A DNA stretch of 56,209 bases, the filler included, from Sphacelaria rigidula (taxonomy: Eukaryota), in assembly GCA_964200075.2 (NCBI GenBank). It is 6 parts of 6 records of this genome, joined end to end, with 100 filler letters (N's around TTAATTAATTAA, not from the genome) between each part and the next. Parts side by side here need not be neighbours in the genome. Positions count along the whole stretch, not along the records: positions 1 to 9,287 come from CAXNAA020008837.1; positions 9,388 to 18,674 come from CAXNAA020008838.1; 4 more parts are not named here. One strand, given 5' to 3'. The position numbers and the translations under genes are program-made. Below, in pieces: positions 1 to 12,179 of the stretch; position 1 is the first letter of the stretch; every line of letters starts with the position of its first letter. The notes under the pieces were generated by a model. The model had not been told where the DNA came from, did not search any database, and was given only the letters and a program-made list of their open reading frames with translations.

Positions 1-656
1 CCAAAACAAATATGGAATTCCGTGGCGAAGAAACGCCCCCAAATCCCCCCCGCCCCCCCCCCCTCCAACCTCTTGCATAGCACGACTCTGATTACTCGAT
101 TTCCCTATTCTTCACGACTGAAGTCGGAAATAGAAGCCATATTTCTCAAGCTGTGTCGATTGTATCTTCAGACCATAGAGATGCGGCGGCCTATGTTTGG
201 GACTACAGATTTATACCTTGTTTTTTCTCGTCCTTCGACTCTGATCAGACACCTCATTACAAATTATCGTGCGTGAAATTGTCAAATCAGTGAGCGGACC
301 GCCTGCAAAACGTTCGAGTGTTATCGGCACGTGCTGCGCCTTGGGCCCGGGGCCATTCCAAATGTAACATTATTCGTGAGATTTAGAGTTTAACATCGGA
401 TTCAGAGTGAGACCCGAAACAATTGACTTTCCCGTCGATTTTGACATCGCCACAGTTCGAGGAGCAATGCGCCCAGCTGGTGAAGCGATGGCTTCAACGA
501 AAGCTATCACCTATACGATCAATTTGACACATCACTTGATCGCAACGACGTGGTTAGTCCATTGCAACGAAGGATCCCCTCTTTTTTGGGGGAAAACCGA
601 TCAGTGCCTGAAACAGTTTCAGTTCCGAAGTTCCCCCCAGGCGTAAAAATGCTCGC

Positions 657-1599
657 TGCGGTATCTCACCAACCAGACCGCCGAATTCCTCGAATGGGGT
701 AGTGTACGGTAGCTGCATGCACAGGACGTGTGCTCAAGCAAAAAAAGGAAAAAGTTGCCTATAAGGAACGCTAGAGCATCCACTCTGAATCCGAAACTAC
801 GATCTGAATCTCACGAATATGGTGTCATCTGTGTCCCACATCTGGGGTACGCTGATCCACGACGAACCTACGCATGCGCCCGAGTATACAATCGATCACG
901 TCGATCATGAGCACCCGCTGTAACTCACCGTATCCCCATGAGCCCAGGACACTCGGTAGGGTGGCGAGAAGTAGAAACGTGGCCGTGCGTGCTCCCTTCA
1001 TCTGAAAGGGTAAGACACCACGATGGGGTGGAAATACAAGGCACAGGGTGACATACATTTACTGGGTACCGTGGGTGCTACATGATAAGCGCATTTCCAT
1101 CGGATGTACAAATCATTCACTTGTTTTGGAAATACGAACTCACGCATATGCTGCTATTAGAACTGCTCACTGCAATGATAGCTGTACTGCTCATTCTTTC
1201 ACTAGAGCAAAGTGTTTACAAGTTCAGTTGGATTTCGCAGCCCAAGCATTGAATCATGCGATATTCCACGGTGAAGACCTCAACGGTACCTGTGCGTCGT
1301 GCTTTATTTGGGTCTTCTGGATACACATTGCAGATAACCGAGGTCTTCTGGACAATTTCACAAACCCGGAAGGTGCTACTGCTGCACTCCCGCGACATTC
1401 TGACGCGAAGCTCTGTGCGGTATCTCCACCAACCAGACGGCCGGATTCCTCGAATGGGGTAGTGTACGGTAGCTGCATGCACAGGACGTGTGCTCAAGCA
1501 AAAAAAAGGACAAGTTGCCTATTATTATTAGGAACGCTAGAGCATCCACTCTGAATCCGAAACTACGTTCTATATCTCACGAATATAGTGTTTTCTGTG
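657..1599 (+). repeat. ~180-bp direct repeats at 657-833 and 1416-1599
   Basis: Shared block TTCCTCGAATGGGGTAGTGTACGGTAGCTGCATGCACAGGACGTGTGCTCAAGCAAAAAAA…GGAACGCTAGAGCATCCACTCTGAATCCGAAACTACG. Confidence 0.9.
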
Positions 1600-1702
1600 G
1601 GCCCCAGTGTACGTCAACCCTTTTAACGCGAGGAGGGTAGGTGAGGTCACCTGCTGAATTGGCATATTGTTCACTTAAAAAAAGCGCGCGTGATCCAGAT
1701 GG

Positions 1703-2004
1703 ACAACGTTTTCGTGAGATATATGAGTAGAGTGCTGATTGAGAGTGGCTTCGATCATTCGCTTCAGCTTCGCCAATTTTTTATTCCATGCATGCTTTTT
1801 TCCCCTTCCATCGCTGGCGTGTGCATACAGCTACATGTCGATTTACTTCTGAGGCATATCAAGGATCTCAGTGGCAAGTTACCACAGAGGGCATATCGGA
1901 CCTCGTGGAGGGATATTTCAGCACGGAAACGATTCATTCACTACTTGACCGATCTCCACTCTCAATCGTATCCTCTACTCTCAATCTCACAAAAATGCTG
2001 TTTG
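1703..2004 (+). mobile_element. ~300-bp MITE, family with ACAACGTTTTCGTGAGATTGAGAGT TIRs (copy 1)
   Basis: Colinear with 21844-22139; ends in TCTACTCTCAATCTCACAAAAATGCTGTT. Confidence 0.7.
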
Positions 2005-3635
2005 AGGCCTTCCGACGGCGACGTGGTCTGGTGGTGTTAAACCGGCATCGATTTCATTTGAAAAAGGTGCGATCGATCCGGACGTATTACCCTCTCGATC
2101 CCAAAGCTGGCCCTCTGACCCGCAAGGACGGGTCGTCGTCGTCGTAGTTTTTTCAAGTGGAAATGATGCCGATTCGACCGATAACCCACCCTAGCGGTCA
2201 AAGGCAACCCTTCGATCGCCAACGATCTGGATCTTGGAACATATATTTCACGTGGGCCTGATGCCTGTTGAATTGAACTCCCAGACATGGAAGCCCTGTA
2301 ATTTGTTTTAATTCGTCAGACTTTACTATTGCATTGTTCACGGGGCGCCCGATTGATCGCCCCTTGTGCAAAGATCGGGCAGTCACGGTGAGCGCAACCA
2401 GATTTAGCTGATTCATTTCTCTTCACACCCGCTGTTAAAGGGGAGGGGAGACGGGGATAGGGCGATGTAGACATGCCAAACTCGAGGTTTCCGGGACATT
2501 TGACTCCATGTGACTGCTATTGAACAAATCGAGAACCTCAAGCTTGAGATACCTCCATCGCAAAATGACTGCAGATCTCGGGAACGAGTTCGCGGCGAAG
2601 ATGAGAAATCAGCGCAAAATACATGATGCGGGGCTGTGACTACTTGGTTTGTCGTGAAGAAAGTTCTCCTTGTAGCGCACCCAAATCTACAACCAAATAC
2701 TTCAAGGAGGGCCTACCGTATGTATTGCTCGTGCATGCGTTCAGGTGAGAGGGACATTGCCCCCCGAAAGACTCATTTACGTACACCTGTCGCCAGTAAG
2801 CGCAAACGTTTAGAGTACAACTACAAACCCGAAGGGCTCTCGGTCACAAAAAACTCTCAAGTTAATCCAACTCACCTCAGACTAGTAGCAAAAAAGATTA
2901 TCCTTGTGATTTGGCAGGTGGTATGAGCCGTTCTTCTGTGCCCAGATGCTGAACCGGACGTGGGATGTGTAAACTGACTCTGTGTGTGCTGCTTCTGTGG
3001 GCTGGCAGCGCATGGACGAGGCTGGGGAAATGTAGGGGGCTAAGGATAGGTCATCCCCCGTGCGTTCACTAGCAAAGATCCTCCGAGTCGTTGCAACATC
3101 AAGCAAACAAAGAGGCAAGATGTCCCCAAAGTTGCAGTCACAGAGCTACAGTAGTCAAACGAATCCACCTGTTTTTCACTACTGTGATTCGGTATCGCCG
3201 CAGGGAAATCTTTATTGTGGTAAAGTTGGCCTGTTTGACAAACTCGAATGACACAACTTGTTTACCCGATGCGATGGAATCTCCCATAAGAAAAACATCC
3301 ATTATTCTCTCACCCCCTCCCTGTAGCTGTGTGGCTGCGCTCCGGTTTTGGCCTATACTTCTTTGTGGAGAAAATCGCCAGCCCATACTGTACTTCATGG
3401 AGGTCGTATTCCGTTGTCTCGGGAAAAAAACTGGCACGTACTACTGTTCGTATGGGGAAAAAATGGGGACTGATTCCTTTCCTGTCGGCCCAGTATCTAC
3501 GGCTGTTCGTCTCTTTGACTGATCATGCGAAAAGAGGGAAATTTCAAAACTCTTGAGTGATGTGGGTAGCTCCATGAATGGTATCATTACGAAACCCAGC
3601 CACACACTTTTTTTACAGAGGTTGATGCTGACCGG

Positions 3636-3842
3636 TTAACCCTTAGACCGCGAGGTTAGTCTTCTGTAGAATCGGCATCAATTTCAAGTGAAACAAAGTA
3701 TTCATGATCCAGCAAGACTAATCTCGCGGTCTAACGGTTAACCCTTCGACCGCGAGGTTAGTCTTCTGTTGAATCGGCATCGATTACAAGTGAAAAAAAG
3801 TATGCATGGTCCAGAAAGACAAATCTCGGGGTCTGAGGTTAA
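3636..3842. mobile_element. Tandem pair of ~98-bp piggyBac-like micro-MITEs sharing TTAA sites
   Basis: TTAA at 3636, 3738 and 3839. Each unit runs CCCTT(A/C)GACCGCGAG…CTCG(C/G)GGTCT..GG. TTAA plus CCC termini are piggyBac hallmarks. Confidence 0.75.
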
Positions 3843-5869
3843 ACGGCCGATTGGTTGATTGGTTGATTGCCGCACATCGCACTCGTGATCCTCAAGGAAT
3901 CCAGCCGTGGTCACATGATAGACGTACCTGACAGGAAGCAAAACGGAAACGCCTGCAGAAGAAAATTAGATAGTAACGAACGGTAGAGCGGACACACAAA
4001 ATAGACTTGCGCAGCTTGCCAGACCAAGAAGGAAAGTTGTCATGATATGATGAGCAAGCAAGCGTTGAAGGAGAAACGGTCGGCTTGCGAGCAGGCCAGA
4101 ATGCCAGTTTTTCAGTCAATGTGAATGTGTTACACATCAAATGAGTTGTGACAATGGCTTGTCTGCGACTGATTCGGGTGAACTCAGCTGACTGCCTCCA
4201 TTTTTCTTGCAGAAAGATTCAACAAACGCGGATGCTACAGAATCTTGAATCTCATATATGTGTTTGTGCACACCATGAAGGCATCGAATCCTGCCCGCAG
4301 AATAAAAAAGTATGCCTATCAAAGATAGCGTACGACTATCCTAGTTTGCGCAGCTTGACAGCTTGCATTCAAACGTGTAGAGCACGAGAAGAGTGCAAGC
4401 GATGACCAACTGTTTGTAAATACGGCGAATGAAGCAATCATAATTTTTGCGGAGCCACGAGCTGCTATTAGTTCGCGGTACTGAAAATGACCATAATGCA
4501 ATAGAGAGATATCTACCATAACAATATTGTTCTATACAATTCACAGTCAAATATACCGGAAACCCCGAGTTGGAGATACTACCACCAAAAGCAGAATGTA
4601 GACTAGTTATCCGAGAAGGGTTCGCTATCATGATGCATGCCACAAAAATAGAGAGTTTTGGGGAGCGTTTTTGCCATCTTAGAGTCAGAGTGGAAGGAAG
4701 AATAGCCGGTAACCGTGCACATTCCACTCTGTTTTTTTTCTTCAAGCGATTTTCCCAGAGTCATAGTACCGTTTGCACCTCTTCACTCTGAAAACCGTTG
4801 TTCCTCTTCAGAGTTCATAGTCCAACGAAAAAGAACCACGTCCACGTTCACCACGATGACCACGTCCATCCCAAAGTCAATACATTCTAACAAGCAAAGT
4901 GGGACATTCATCATCCATCACAACTGCCATGCTCATCACAATGGATCATTCACAAAGTAGGAAAGCTTGGCATCGCAATCAGAAGACCTCCCTGACGCCG
5001 CCATGGTAAAAGCATTCGCTTGGTTGTGTTGCGTGAAATTCAAATGCTCGACCGGTACACGATGCCTTGAGTGCAGTTCCTCACTCTTGCCAGCTTCAGC
5101 TGGGAGAAGACGATAGGAGCGATTCGCGGTCTACAGCGCACAAGCAGTACTACACCTGACTGCATTCCCATCCCGTTAGAGATCATGACGTCTTGCATCA
5201 CCGCTGTGGGTGGCATGTTGAAACATCATCACAATGCGCAAGCTTTAGCTCCGTATGCGCGCATAAGGTTTATCTTACTTTGGGTTTGGAAAAGTGCTGA
5301 TTTGGGACTGGCAATGGAACACTACTGATTTGGAGGTGCTGGTTTTGAAGGGCATATGGTTGATAGTTTTCAGCTCCCACACAGCACTATTTTGCCCAGA
5401 GCGTGTTTTTCAGACCCGCGCGAATGAAACACGGCAAAAAAAGAAGGTTGCCTACAGTATTTTCGACGGTGGCGAAGAACGTTGGTTTTGGTTCGGCCCA
5501 TCGGTCTTTTTCAGCACTGCAGGTAAACAAAATATGCGGAGGCGTGCTGACTTACTACAAACATGGTGGGTTACAGTCTCGTACGAAATGGCTCCCTGAG
5601 CACAAACACAACCTAACCGGGCAGTCATACAGCCCATCCACACAGAAGCACGGATGCCCTCGAGGAAGAGGTGAAGGCCACAAACGTGGCACGCACAGTA
5701 TTCCCGGGACCACCAAATACCAAATATGGGTCTGATATCGTGAACGCGGTACGCGATGAGGACGGGAGCTGCTTTGGGGAGCTTGCAGAACAAAGCCGCG
5801 AGGCAGCCGAGTCGTCGACAACACCAACGGCTTGACGTCGAGCTGTGAGACCTTTAGGAAACTGCGCTC

Positions 5870-6260
5870 ATGAGTCTTTGCTGACGGCAGCACTAGGCCG
5901 CAATACGCCGGTGCCCGATGATGGGCCCATGGCACAGCTCGTCGCGCAGCTGAAAAAAAGCAGATTGCGAGTACATGGTGCAAGCCACATGCGGTACTGT
6001 ACTGTACAACACCTGTGAGAAGGAGGCAGATGAAGACCGACATGTCATCACAAGAGACGCCCAAAACATGGCGGGGAACCTGTCTGTCACGGAGACATGC
6101 GAACACGAGCCGCCTATCGAGGTGGATAGGGGCACCATCGGATGGTTCAGGAGGCATCTGAAGTGGGTGGCAGAATGTGACGGTCTGTGGCTGAAAATGC
6201 TGTGACTCGCCGCTGCCAGTGCCGTTTTGGACGTGAATGTCATGGTGTGGGAGCCACATC
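5870..6260 (+). pseudogene. Degraded OTU-like cysteine protease domain, probably transposon-borne
   Basis: WFRRHLKWVAECDGLWLKML*LAAASAVLDVNVMVW resembles the OTU W(G)xxxELxAxSxxxxVxIxV segment. Upstream ADGS sits where DGNC would be. Stops and frameshifts are present. Confidence 0.35.
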
Positions 6261-7107
6261 ATGGCGGAAATGCGGTGCGACTGTACAGCGGTACGAATGG
6301 GTTCAAGGATGAGCTTTTCTGGATGAAAAGAACCACTGGGTGCATCTAAGGTACTGTTCCACAGATGATGTTAGCCGCGGTCGTCAAACAGCACCTGGTA
6401 CTGCAGCACAGTTCGCGTAACATAATCATTTCGACGTCTTGTCCCTAAATGCTGTGGCGGAAACGCGAGTGGCAAAAGTGATCAGAGGCGCTGTACAGGG
6501 GTTGTTTCTGCCGAAACTCAGGCGGTATCGGCACGATGTCAACGTGGAGGCATTGCCGCACATGCTTCTCCTCGCGCCGCCTTTACCTGCACAGTCTCAC
6601 TTCTCCCCTGGCGTGGCTCCGCAAGCGAAATGTACCGAGGGCGCGGGGTGCACAGCGGTGTTTGAACGAGGCGCACGAGAAGGGAAGCGATGCACGACCC
6701 GTCTCAAGGCCGGCGCCGTTTTTTGTGGAAAGCGCAAGAACTGGGGGGTCGGCGGGTTGGGACTGGAACGTGAGCGAAAGTCAAAGAAGAAGGAGGCAGA
6801 CAGTAAAGACGTCGATGATGGAGAGGCCGAACGGTACTACGGGTCCGACTGTGAGTTGAAGGGCAAGGAGGATGAACTGGAAATGCGAGGGGGGCAGGCG
6901 TCGATCTCTAAGACGTGGGCGGCAGTGTTGAAGGATGCACCAAAAATTGCCGAGAAGCAGTACCAAGAAGTATACAAGATGATCGCCAGGATGAAGCCTC
7001 CGAAGAACGCACCGGTGGAGGTGAGATGGAAGGATACGAATATTCGATACAGCTGTAGGGTGTTCGCTGCATGGTTGGTGTCTTTGAACATCTGTGACGT
7101 AGTTTTG

Positions 7108-9005
7108 CAAGGCTGTGTTCTGTAGGGTTCGGGTTTCTGTATACCCGGGGTATTTTGCCGGGTAATTGCCGTACCCGACAGTTCTGTGACTTCTGTAAGA
7201 CTTTCATACCGGTACCCGACAGTTCTGTATTATCTGTAAGACTCCCGTACCGTTACCGGGGGCATGGGTATGCTCTTGATAAGATACCTGATTGCGGGTA
7301 CGGTTTTCTGAACAACCTCCATACCCTACCCGACCGTTTCTGTGAGTTCTGTAAGCCTCCGATACCCTCAACCGACAGTTCTGTGAGTTCTGTACAGAAT
7401 ATTTACCCTTACCCGAGGGGCGGGTATGCTCTTGAAGAAGTGCCCGATTGCCGGTACCGGTTTTCTGTAAGCCTCCCGTACCGTACCCGACGAGCTCTGT
7501 AAGTTATGTAAGACTTTTATCCAGTACCGGTACCCGACAGTTCTGTGAGCTCTGTAAGCCTCCCATACCCCTACCTGGGGTTGGGGTATACCGTTTTAGA
7601 TATACCCGATTGCAGGTATGAGCACAGGTATATACCTTGGGGAGGTACGGATACAGGTTCAATCTGAACACAACCTCATGAGCTGAACATGTACCCCCCA
7701 TCGATCAACCCACCCAACTCCTTCATTCAAAACTGCACACCAACAACAATTCAATGTTAAAAAGTTCTTTAGTGTGGGATCTGACGAGATACAAGGTACC
7801 GCTGAGTGGAAACACGAAATATGAGCAGCCCTGCAGACCGTAAGGATGGATCACCCCCAGACTGGAGTGGTGGCTCGATCGGGGACGGTTCATCTGCGCC
7901 ATCAGGGGATCAAGTAGCAAGACACACGTCATCGACGTTGATGGTGGTGGTGTCGTGGTCATCAATCCCGAGGCCGTTGTCGACATGTAGAGCGCGGAGT
8001 ATGCCACCGAAAGTCGTGAGGGCCGTCGGCGATTTTGTCGCGTGCCGAAGGGTTTCCAGATAACGGGCAGTCGTGAGTGCTCCTTCATGTACTTTTTGAG
8101 TAGGTGATCAAAATTTCCCCCTGTTTTCTGATCACTTGACCGTTACTCTCTGGGAGTGTACGTAATACCGATAGATGTTGACGATCCCGTGCACATGTGC
8201 TACTGCGATTGTTCGTGTAGTCTTTCTCTATCAACCCCATGAAAGCCGTTCAGAGTTATCGTGAACTATCATCTGTACTTCGCCACTGTTGTAGTGACGT
8301 AGGTCCCACGACAGGGGTGATGATGATACCAAGGTCTTGTTTCGTAGTGCTCGGGTTTCTGTATACCCGGGGTATTTTGCCGGGTATTTACCGTACCCGA
8401 CAGTTCTGTGACTTCTGTAAGACTTTTATACCGGTACCCGACAGAGCTGTAATCTCTGTGAGACTTTCATACCCTTACCCGATAGTTCTATGAGTCCTGT
8501 AAGCCTCCCGTACCGTGACCGGGGGGCATGGGTATGTCCTTGATGATATACCCGGCTGCGGGCACGGTTTTCTGTGCAACCTCCATACCCTACCCGACAG
8601 TTTCGGTGAGTTCGTCAGACCGCATGTCCTGTGGCGTAAGGCTTCCAAACAACCCCCTTCCCCCTCCCGGAGAAAAAAAACTCCGCCGCTGTCCCAGGAC
8701 ACATAGGGCTAGGACACGCCTTCACAGTACTTAGTTCTGCAGCATTAGTTTCTACTAAAAACGCCGCCCTCATTCGGAACTGGCGGGTATACCCTAGAAA
8801 AGTTACCCGATTGCCGGTACCGGTTTTCTGCAAGCCTCCCGCACCGTACCCGACAAGTTCTGTAAACTATGAGAGTTTCATATCGGTACCCGACAGTTCT
8901 GTAAACTCTGTAAGAGTTTCATACCGATACCCGACAGTTCTGTAAGTTCTGTAAGGAACTCCATACCCTACAGAACTTACCCGTACCTTACAGAAGACAA
9001 CCTTG
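7108..9005 (+). mobile_element. Non-autonomous hAT-like DNA transposon with 8-bp TSD and 41-bp subterminal repeat arrays
   Basis: Imperfect 26-bp TIRs CAAGGCTGTGTTCTGTAGGGTTCGGG / CCCGTACCTTACAGAAGACAACCTTG. Perfect TSD TAGTTTTG at 7100-7107 and 9006-9013. TACCCGACAGTTCTGT units at 41-bp spacing (7172/7213, 8887/8928). Confidence 0.88.
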
Positions 9006-9287
9006 TAGTTTTGTAGTAGCAAAAACCTCGAAAACGATAAATCCCCACTTTTGAAGCAGTTGAGAAATCCACACTATTCGGAGCAGTACCATTTTCGAAC
9101 GGGTACACAGATCCACCCACCACTCTACGTCTCGAAAGGGATGCGTGGTCAATGGTCGAACGACCAAGGCAAGCAACAAATGAGTACGCCCCCCCCCCCC
9201 CAAAGGTACTGTCCTGGGTAATCCAACAACAACAACAGCAACAACAACAGCAACAGCAACAACACACAAGCCCCACATACTCGCACC

Positions 9288-9387
9288 NNNNNNNNNNNNN
9301 NNNNNNNNNNNNNNNNNNNNNNNNNNNNNNNTTAATTAATTAANNNNNNNNNNNNNNNNNNNNNNNNNNNNNNNNNNNNNNNNNNNN
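9288..9387. other. Assembly linker 44N-TTAATTAATTAA-44N (also 18675-18774, 28062-28161, 37445-37544, 46828-46927)
   Basis: Identical 100-nt spacer carrying stop codons in all six frames; artificial. Confidence 0.98.
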
Positions 9388-9669
9388 GCTAAGATTGCTC
9401 GGCCCGAAGCCTACTGATTATCATGCATTTGGATGACAGCCTACCATGAGTTGCTGTATTTTCTGGTATCGCCACTTCCTGAGACAGTCACAGCTTATAC
9501 ACTGCCTCATGGGTGTCTCACCATTGGGGGGGTGTACTCATGACCATGCATGCCGGAGTCGTATGGGGGGCGGGGGCGGGAGAAGGAAGAAGTTGACGGT
9601 TTCCAATGATCCATTTCTTCCCGGCTTGAAGGTGTGGGGCGCCGCGTACACGGTCTTGTTTTTTCATGA

Positions 9670-10277
9670 AACCTTCATCTGGGATATGTATATTCATCCG
9701 GGGTATCAGATCCATCTGAGATATCAATTTAAGGTACGTATCTGGGATATCATATCCATTTGGGATCCATCGTATGGGTACCCATCTAATATACCCGTCT
9801 GGGATGTCGTTGGATATTCATCGGGGACACCCATCTCAAATACCTCGCACCTAGGATACCCATATCCAAATGAGATTTCAGATTTACGTCTGATGTCTAT
9901 CTAAATATTCTGTCATAGGTCGGGGCTTGGGCTTGGGATTGGTGTCCCAGGTAGATGTTCATCCACATCGTGAGCATCTATTCGGGATATCCCGGGTTGA
10001 AACGGACATCTCAGACGAATCTGGGAATCTCAGATGGACATCTCAGGTGGATATTCATGTCCCAGATAGAGCTCCCAGATGGATTCCCCAAATGGACTGC
10101 CCACATGGATATCTCAGGTGGACGTACCAGAGAGATTGCTCATGCATCAGACGGATGTTCAATTCTTAGATGGATATCCACATCTCGGAAAAAGTGTCCA
10201 TAATACTAATGGACATCCCACACGAATGTGATATCTTAGATAGGCATCTCAGATGTATGGTGCCCCAGATGGAGGTT
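9670..10277. mobile_element. MITE made of short ATCTGGGAT/ATCCCAGAT units with switching polarity
   Basis: Ends AACCTTCATCTGGG / CCCAGATGGAGGTT. Left half is rich in CATCTG(G/A)GAT, right half in ATC(C/T)CAG(A/G)TG. Confidence 0.65.
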
Positions 10278-10509
10278 GCACGAGAATGCCATTCTCACCG
10301 CGCGTACGATGGGGCGCATATCAGGCTATATAGCCAGGGGAGCTGGAAAAATATAAATGCCAGGAGAACGGAGAGGATCAGGAGGTCAACAGAATCTGAC
10401 GTACATTATTCAAAGCATGGTCCGGATAGGATAATATTGACGCAATGGTACACATGGATCCCCCGGAGATCAGCATATGTGAGACAATCAATTAAGTGTG
10501 ATGGAAAAA

Positions 10510-11712
10510 GGGGGGTATGACCCGGGGATTTAGGGGCAAAGTGGGGGTAGTGCACCTCGCGGCGCGGGGAGCAGCGCTGTACGCCGGCTGGGCACCTCTC
10601 AAACACCTTCCAGTGCCTCAGCTCCACGCCCACGGCGCTTGGACAGAAAGCCCAACTCTTGGTTTTGACATCATTGAAATAGCATATACTAGGGCATGGA
10701 AAATGTGGGCTTGTTAGAACATCTCCATCTTGTCTACAAACCCGCGAGGAGCAACCCGCTGCCAGCTGAAAAATGATGTAACATCTCCATTTTATTCGTG
10801 TGCATACCCTTATTTTGTTCAGGTGCATACCCCCTTTTTTCCAGAGGTGGCCGTCCTTCAGCCTGTGCAGGCGACAACCCGAACAGTCCAAAGCATCCCT
10901 CATTTTGTCAATCTCCATGTTCCCGAGAAGGCCGAAACGTTCAACGACCACGAACGTGTGATCTGCTGCTGGTTGCTTCGCCGACCCTTGAGATTCCACA
11001 ATGTGTGAAGGGTGTGAAAAGTTAAGTAAACTCTTCGAATGGCCATTTGGCCCTTTGACTATCGGAGGTGTCCGTTGTTCAATCGGCATTATTTTCACTT
11101 GAAGTGGTATCGAGAATGGTGTTGATTACACAAATGAACATCTTCGGCGGTCAGAGGTCTGGACAGCCATTCGAAGGAGTTGTAAACTGTACCGAACCTT
11201 GCTCACCCTTCACACATTGTCGGATTTTGGGGGTCTGCGGAGCAGCCGGCAGCAGACCATACTTTCCTGGTCGTTCAGCTTTTCGGTCTATTTGGGAAGG
11301 TGTGGAATGTTCAGGGCTGTTCGTGGTGTCTTCTGCACAGTCCGCAGGAGGGTCACCATTGAACAAAAAAGGGTATATGCGTGAACGAAATGGGGATATG
11401 TACTCGAACAAAATGGGGGCATGTACGTGAAGAAAAATGGGGCTACCATGTAACTTTTCAGCTGACAGGAGGTGTACCGCTCGAGTTTGTTGATAAAATG
11501 GAGAGCTCCAACAAACCCACCCTTTCCACGCCCTATTTAACCCTGTTCCCATATGTCAAAAAGAAAGTTTGGGCATTCTGCCCAAGCACCTTGGACACAG
11601 GGCTGAGGTACTGGAAGGTGCTTTAGAGGTACCCAACTGGCGTGCAGCGCTACTCCCCACGGAAAAGTACACCATCCCGTTTTGTATCTAAATACCTGGG
11701 GGCTATACCCCC
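10510..11712. mobile_element. ~1.2-kb foldback element with long, diverged inverted arms (Mutator/Foldback-like)
   Basis: 10510-~11090 aligns by eye to the reverse complement of ~11120-11712 along its length (shared blocks CACCTTCCAGT.CCTCAGC, CAGCTGAAAA, ACAATGTGTGAAGGGTG, TTCGAATGGC). Termini GGGGGTAT/ATACCCCC. No clear TSD. Confidence 0.75.
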
Positions 11713-12179
11713 ATTTTGTCAATTTATCATGAATCAATCAACCAATGGATCAGTCAACCAACCAACCGATAACTCAATCAATCAACACTCGTTGAATACA
11801 GAAATACTCGAGAAGAAATACGTCATCATTGCCCCCCCATGAAAGAGTTTTCGATGGCCATAAAATGCCGAAAAGCTCGAGTCGTTGTGGTCGCATCCGT
11901 AATTGTAGCTAAAAAAAGCTCCACGTAAGCTCCGCTCCAAGTCCAATGTAGTCCGGTATGTATGCCTGTGGGTTGGCTGCGGCCCCCGAAATGTGTTATC
12001 GAAGTGGTCGAAATGATGTCGAGAGGGGGGGGATGAAGAAAAAGGGTGCAACACGACAAAGTAAAGCCACACCTGTAGCTCAAAAGGGGGTATTGCCGTC
12101 GCAAGAGCCTTCGGCGTTACGCTGGACGTCGTTGAAGTTCTTCGGACTTTAATCGCCGTAGTCATCAAGAGCTGCGCGT

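Noticed and set aside
8595..8622. Hammerhead-like CTGACGA…GAAA on the minus strand (also 7781-7820 on +)
   Set aside because: Stem II cannot pair and no stems I/III enclose a cleavage triplet.
7172..8950. 41-bp periodic TACCCGACAGTTCTGT units resembling a CRISPR array
   Set aside because: The intervening segments are similar to each other rather than unique, no cas genes are present, the context is eukaryotic, and the array lies within TIRs and an 8-bp TSD.
9332..9343. Recurrent TTAATTAATTAA palindrome
   Set aside because: Always centred in 100-nt N blocks; an artificial scaffold linker.
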